Source: Macrostomum lignano
Lineage: Eukaryota
Direction of reading: 5' to 3'
NCBI GenBank assembly: GCA_002269645.1
Contig: NIVC01000140.1
Coordinates: 248,001 to 312,000 of the forward strand
DNA length: 64,000 nt
Positions 62,888 through 64,000 of this stretch are shown here, one piece after another. Below the pieces are notes generated by a model. The model saw only the letters and a list, made by a program, of their open reading frames with translations, was not told the origin of the DNA and did no database searches. Position 1 is the stretch's first letter, and the number at the start of each line of letters is the position of its first letter. The position numbers were made by a program, and so were the translations under genes.

Positions 62888-64000
62888 ATGGAAGACGACT
62901 TAGATCTAGTGCTACGATATTTTGAAAGTAAAGAATCCGCTGCAACGAATCCTGCTGCTGGTAGTGATCGATTCGCTACGCTCTCGACTGACGAAATACA
63001 AGGGAAGCTGGACGCTGCTATCCCACCAAATACGCGAAGGAAGGAACTATGGGCTGTAAGAATTTTTGACCAGTGGTTTGAGCAGCGACACAATCGAATT
63101 CTACATGGTGATACAACTGGCCTTCTCGTGTTGAAGGAGCGTCATGAATGGAACGCTTGCGATTGGAACTATCTATTAAAGATGTTCATTCTCGAGGTGC
63201 GAAAAGTCGATGGCACTAAATACAATGCTACGACCCTTAGGGACATATTTTCCATGATGCAACACTATCTGCAGTACACGCTCAAGAAAGAACTGAATCT
63301 CTGGAAGGACGCTGCGTGCAGGGATGCAAGAATGGCATTGGATGCTGCCATGAAAGAAGCTACTAGAGAGGGCCTAGTTCCGGGACAAATGCGTCTAGCC
63401 CAATTCCCGCAACTCTGGAGGAGGAGTGGTGGCAGAAAGGACGTCTTGCAACAACGTCGCCGAAATTACTGCTGTTTACGCTTGTGTTCTACCTTGGCAA
63501 GCAGTTCGCTTTGCGTGGAGGCACGGAGCTGCATGGTCTGAGATATAGCTGTGAGATCCAGTTGCAGCATGAAGACGGTCAAGAACTTCTAGTTTACTGT
63601 GAGAACAGAGCCACGAAGACCACCAACGCTGGCATAAAGCGACGTTTTGTTCCATTGAAAACCGTTAAAGCATCTCATACTGCTGATCATGATAGATGTC
63701 TACCCTGCATCTACAAGCTGTATGTGGACAGAAGACCGGAAAACTGTACGGTTCAGAATTTGTTCCTGGCTTGGATGCGTAGCGATGCCAGCATCCAGCA
63801 AGGCAGGTGGTACCAAAACGCACCCGTCGGCCGGCACAGCTTGGACGGTATTGTTCGTGAATTAACGGCTCCCCTAACTGGAGTGACTGAAAGGTACACT
63901 AATCAGTCTCTACGCAAGACTTGCGCAAGTACTCTACACCGTGCTGGCTTTGCTAGAGAGGACATCGCTCGTGTTACAGGACACTCTTCGACAGCTATTG
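62888..64000 (+). mobile_element. Crypton (CryptonA-like, DUF3504) tyrosine recombinase ORF; 1-bp frameshift at about 63400; runs off the window
   Basis: The N-part has NTRRKELWAVRIFDQW, FILEVRKVDGTKY and LDAAMKE. The second frame, translated by hand, gives FYLGKQFALRGGTEL, KTTNAG, CLPCIYKLY, WYQNAPVGRHSL, YTNQSLRKTCAS and IARVTGHSS. Termini not identified. Confidence 0.85.

Overview
Eukaryotic, animal-type genomic DNA. GC-rich codons and introns full of minisatellites suggest a flatworm such as Macrostomum; this is an inference, not tested. The window is dominated by one minus-strand Fat4/fat-type giant cadherin gene with 13 coding exons (ATG 44016, stop 3009, about 4,830 aa). All 12 introns were resolved as GT-AG with consistent phase. 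Its introns hold a full-length LOA/R1-group LINE (APE, RT, RNase H, CCHC; 12-bp TSD), a 5'-truncated sister copy, two tRNA-derived SINE-like elements and many unrelated minisatellites. Upstream lie an intronless RPS16, a 1.9-kb CpG-free, TpA-rich island with a RIP-like signature, a possible older LTR remnant and a very young full-length Gypsy element (apparently identical 523-bp LTRs, ACGG TSD, tRNA-Gln PBS). Beyond these are an intronless DEG/ENaC channel gene and a Crypton-type tyrosine recombinase cut by the window edge. The best novelty candidate is a cold-shock domain of UNR/CSDE1 type inside the Gypsy Gag, between the zinc knuckle and the protease. Eight apparent frameshifts across four genes/elements are all 1-bp deletions, mostly in C/G runs, and are probably long-read consensus errors. 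All family assignments come from recalled motifs; no database search was run.
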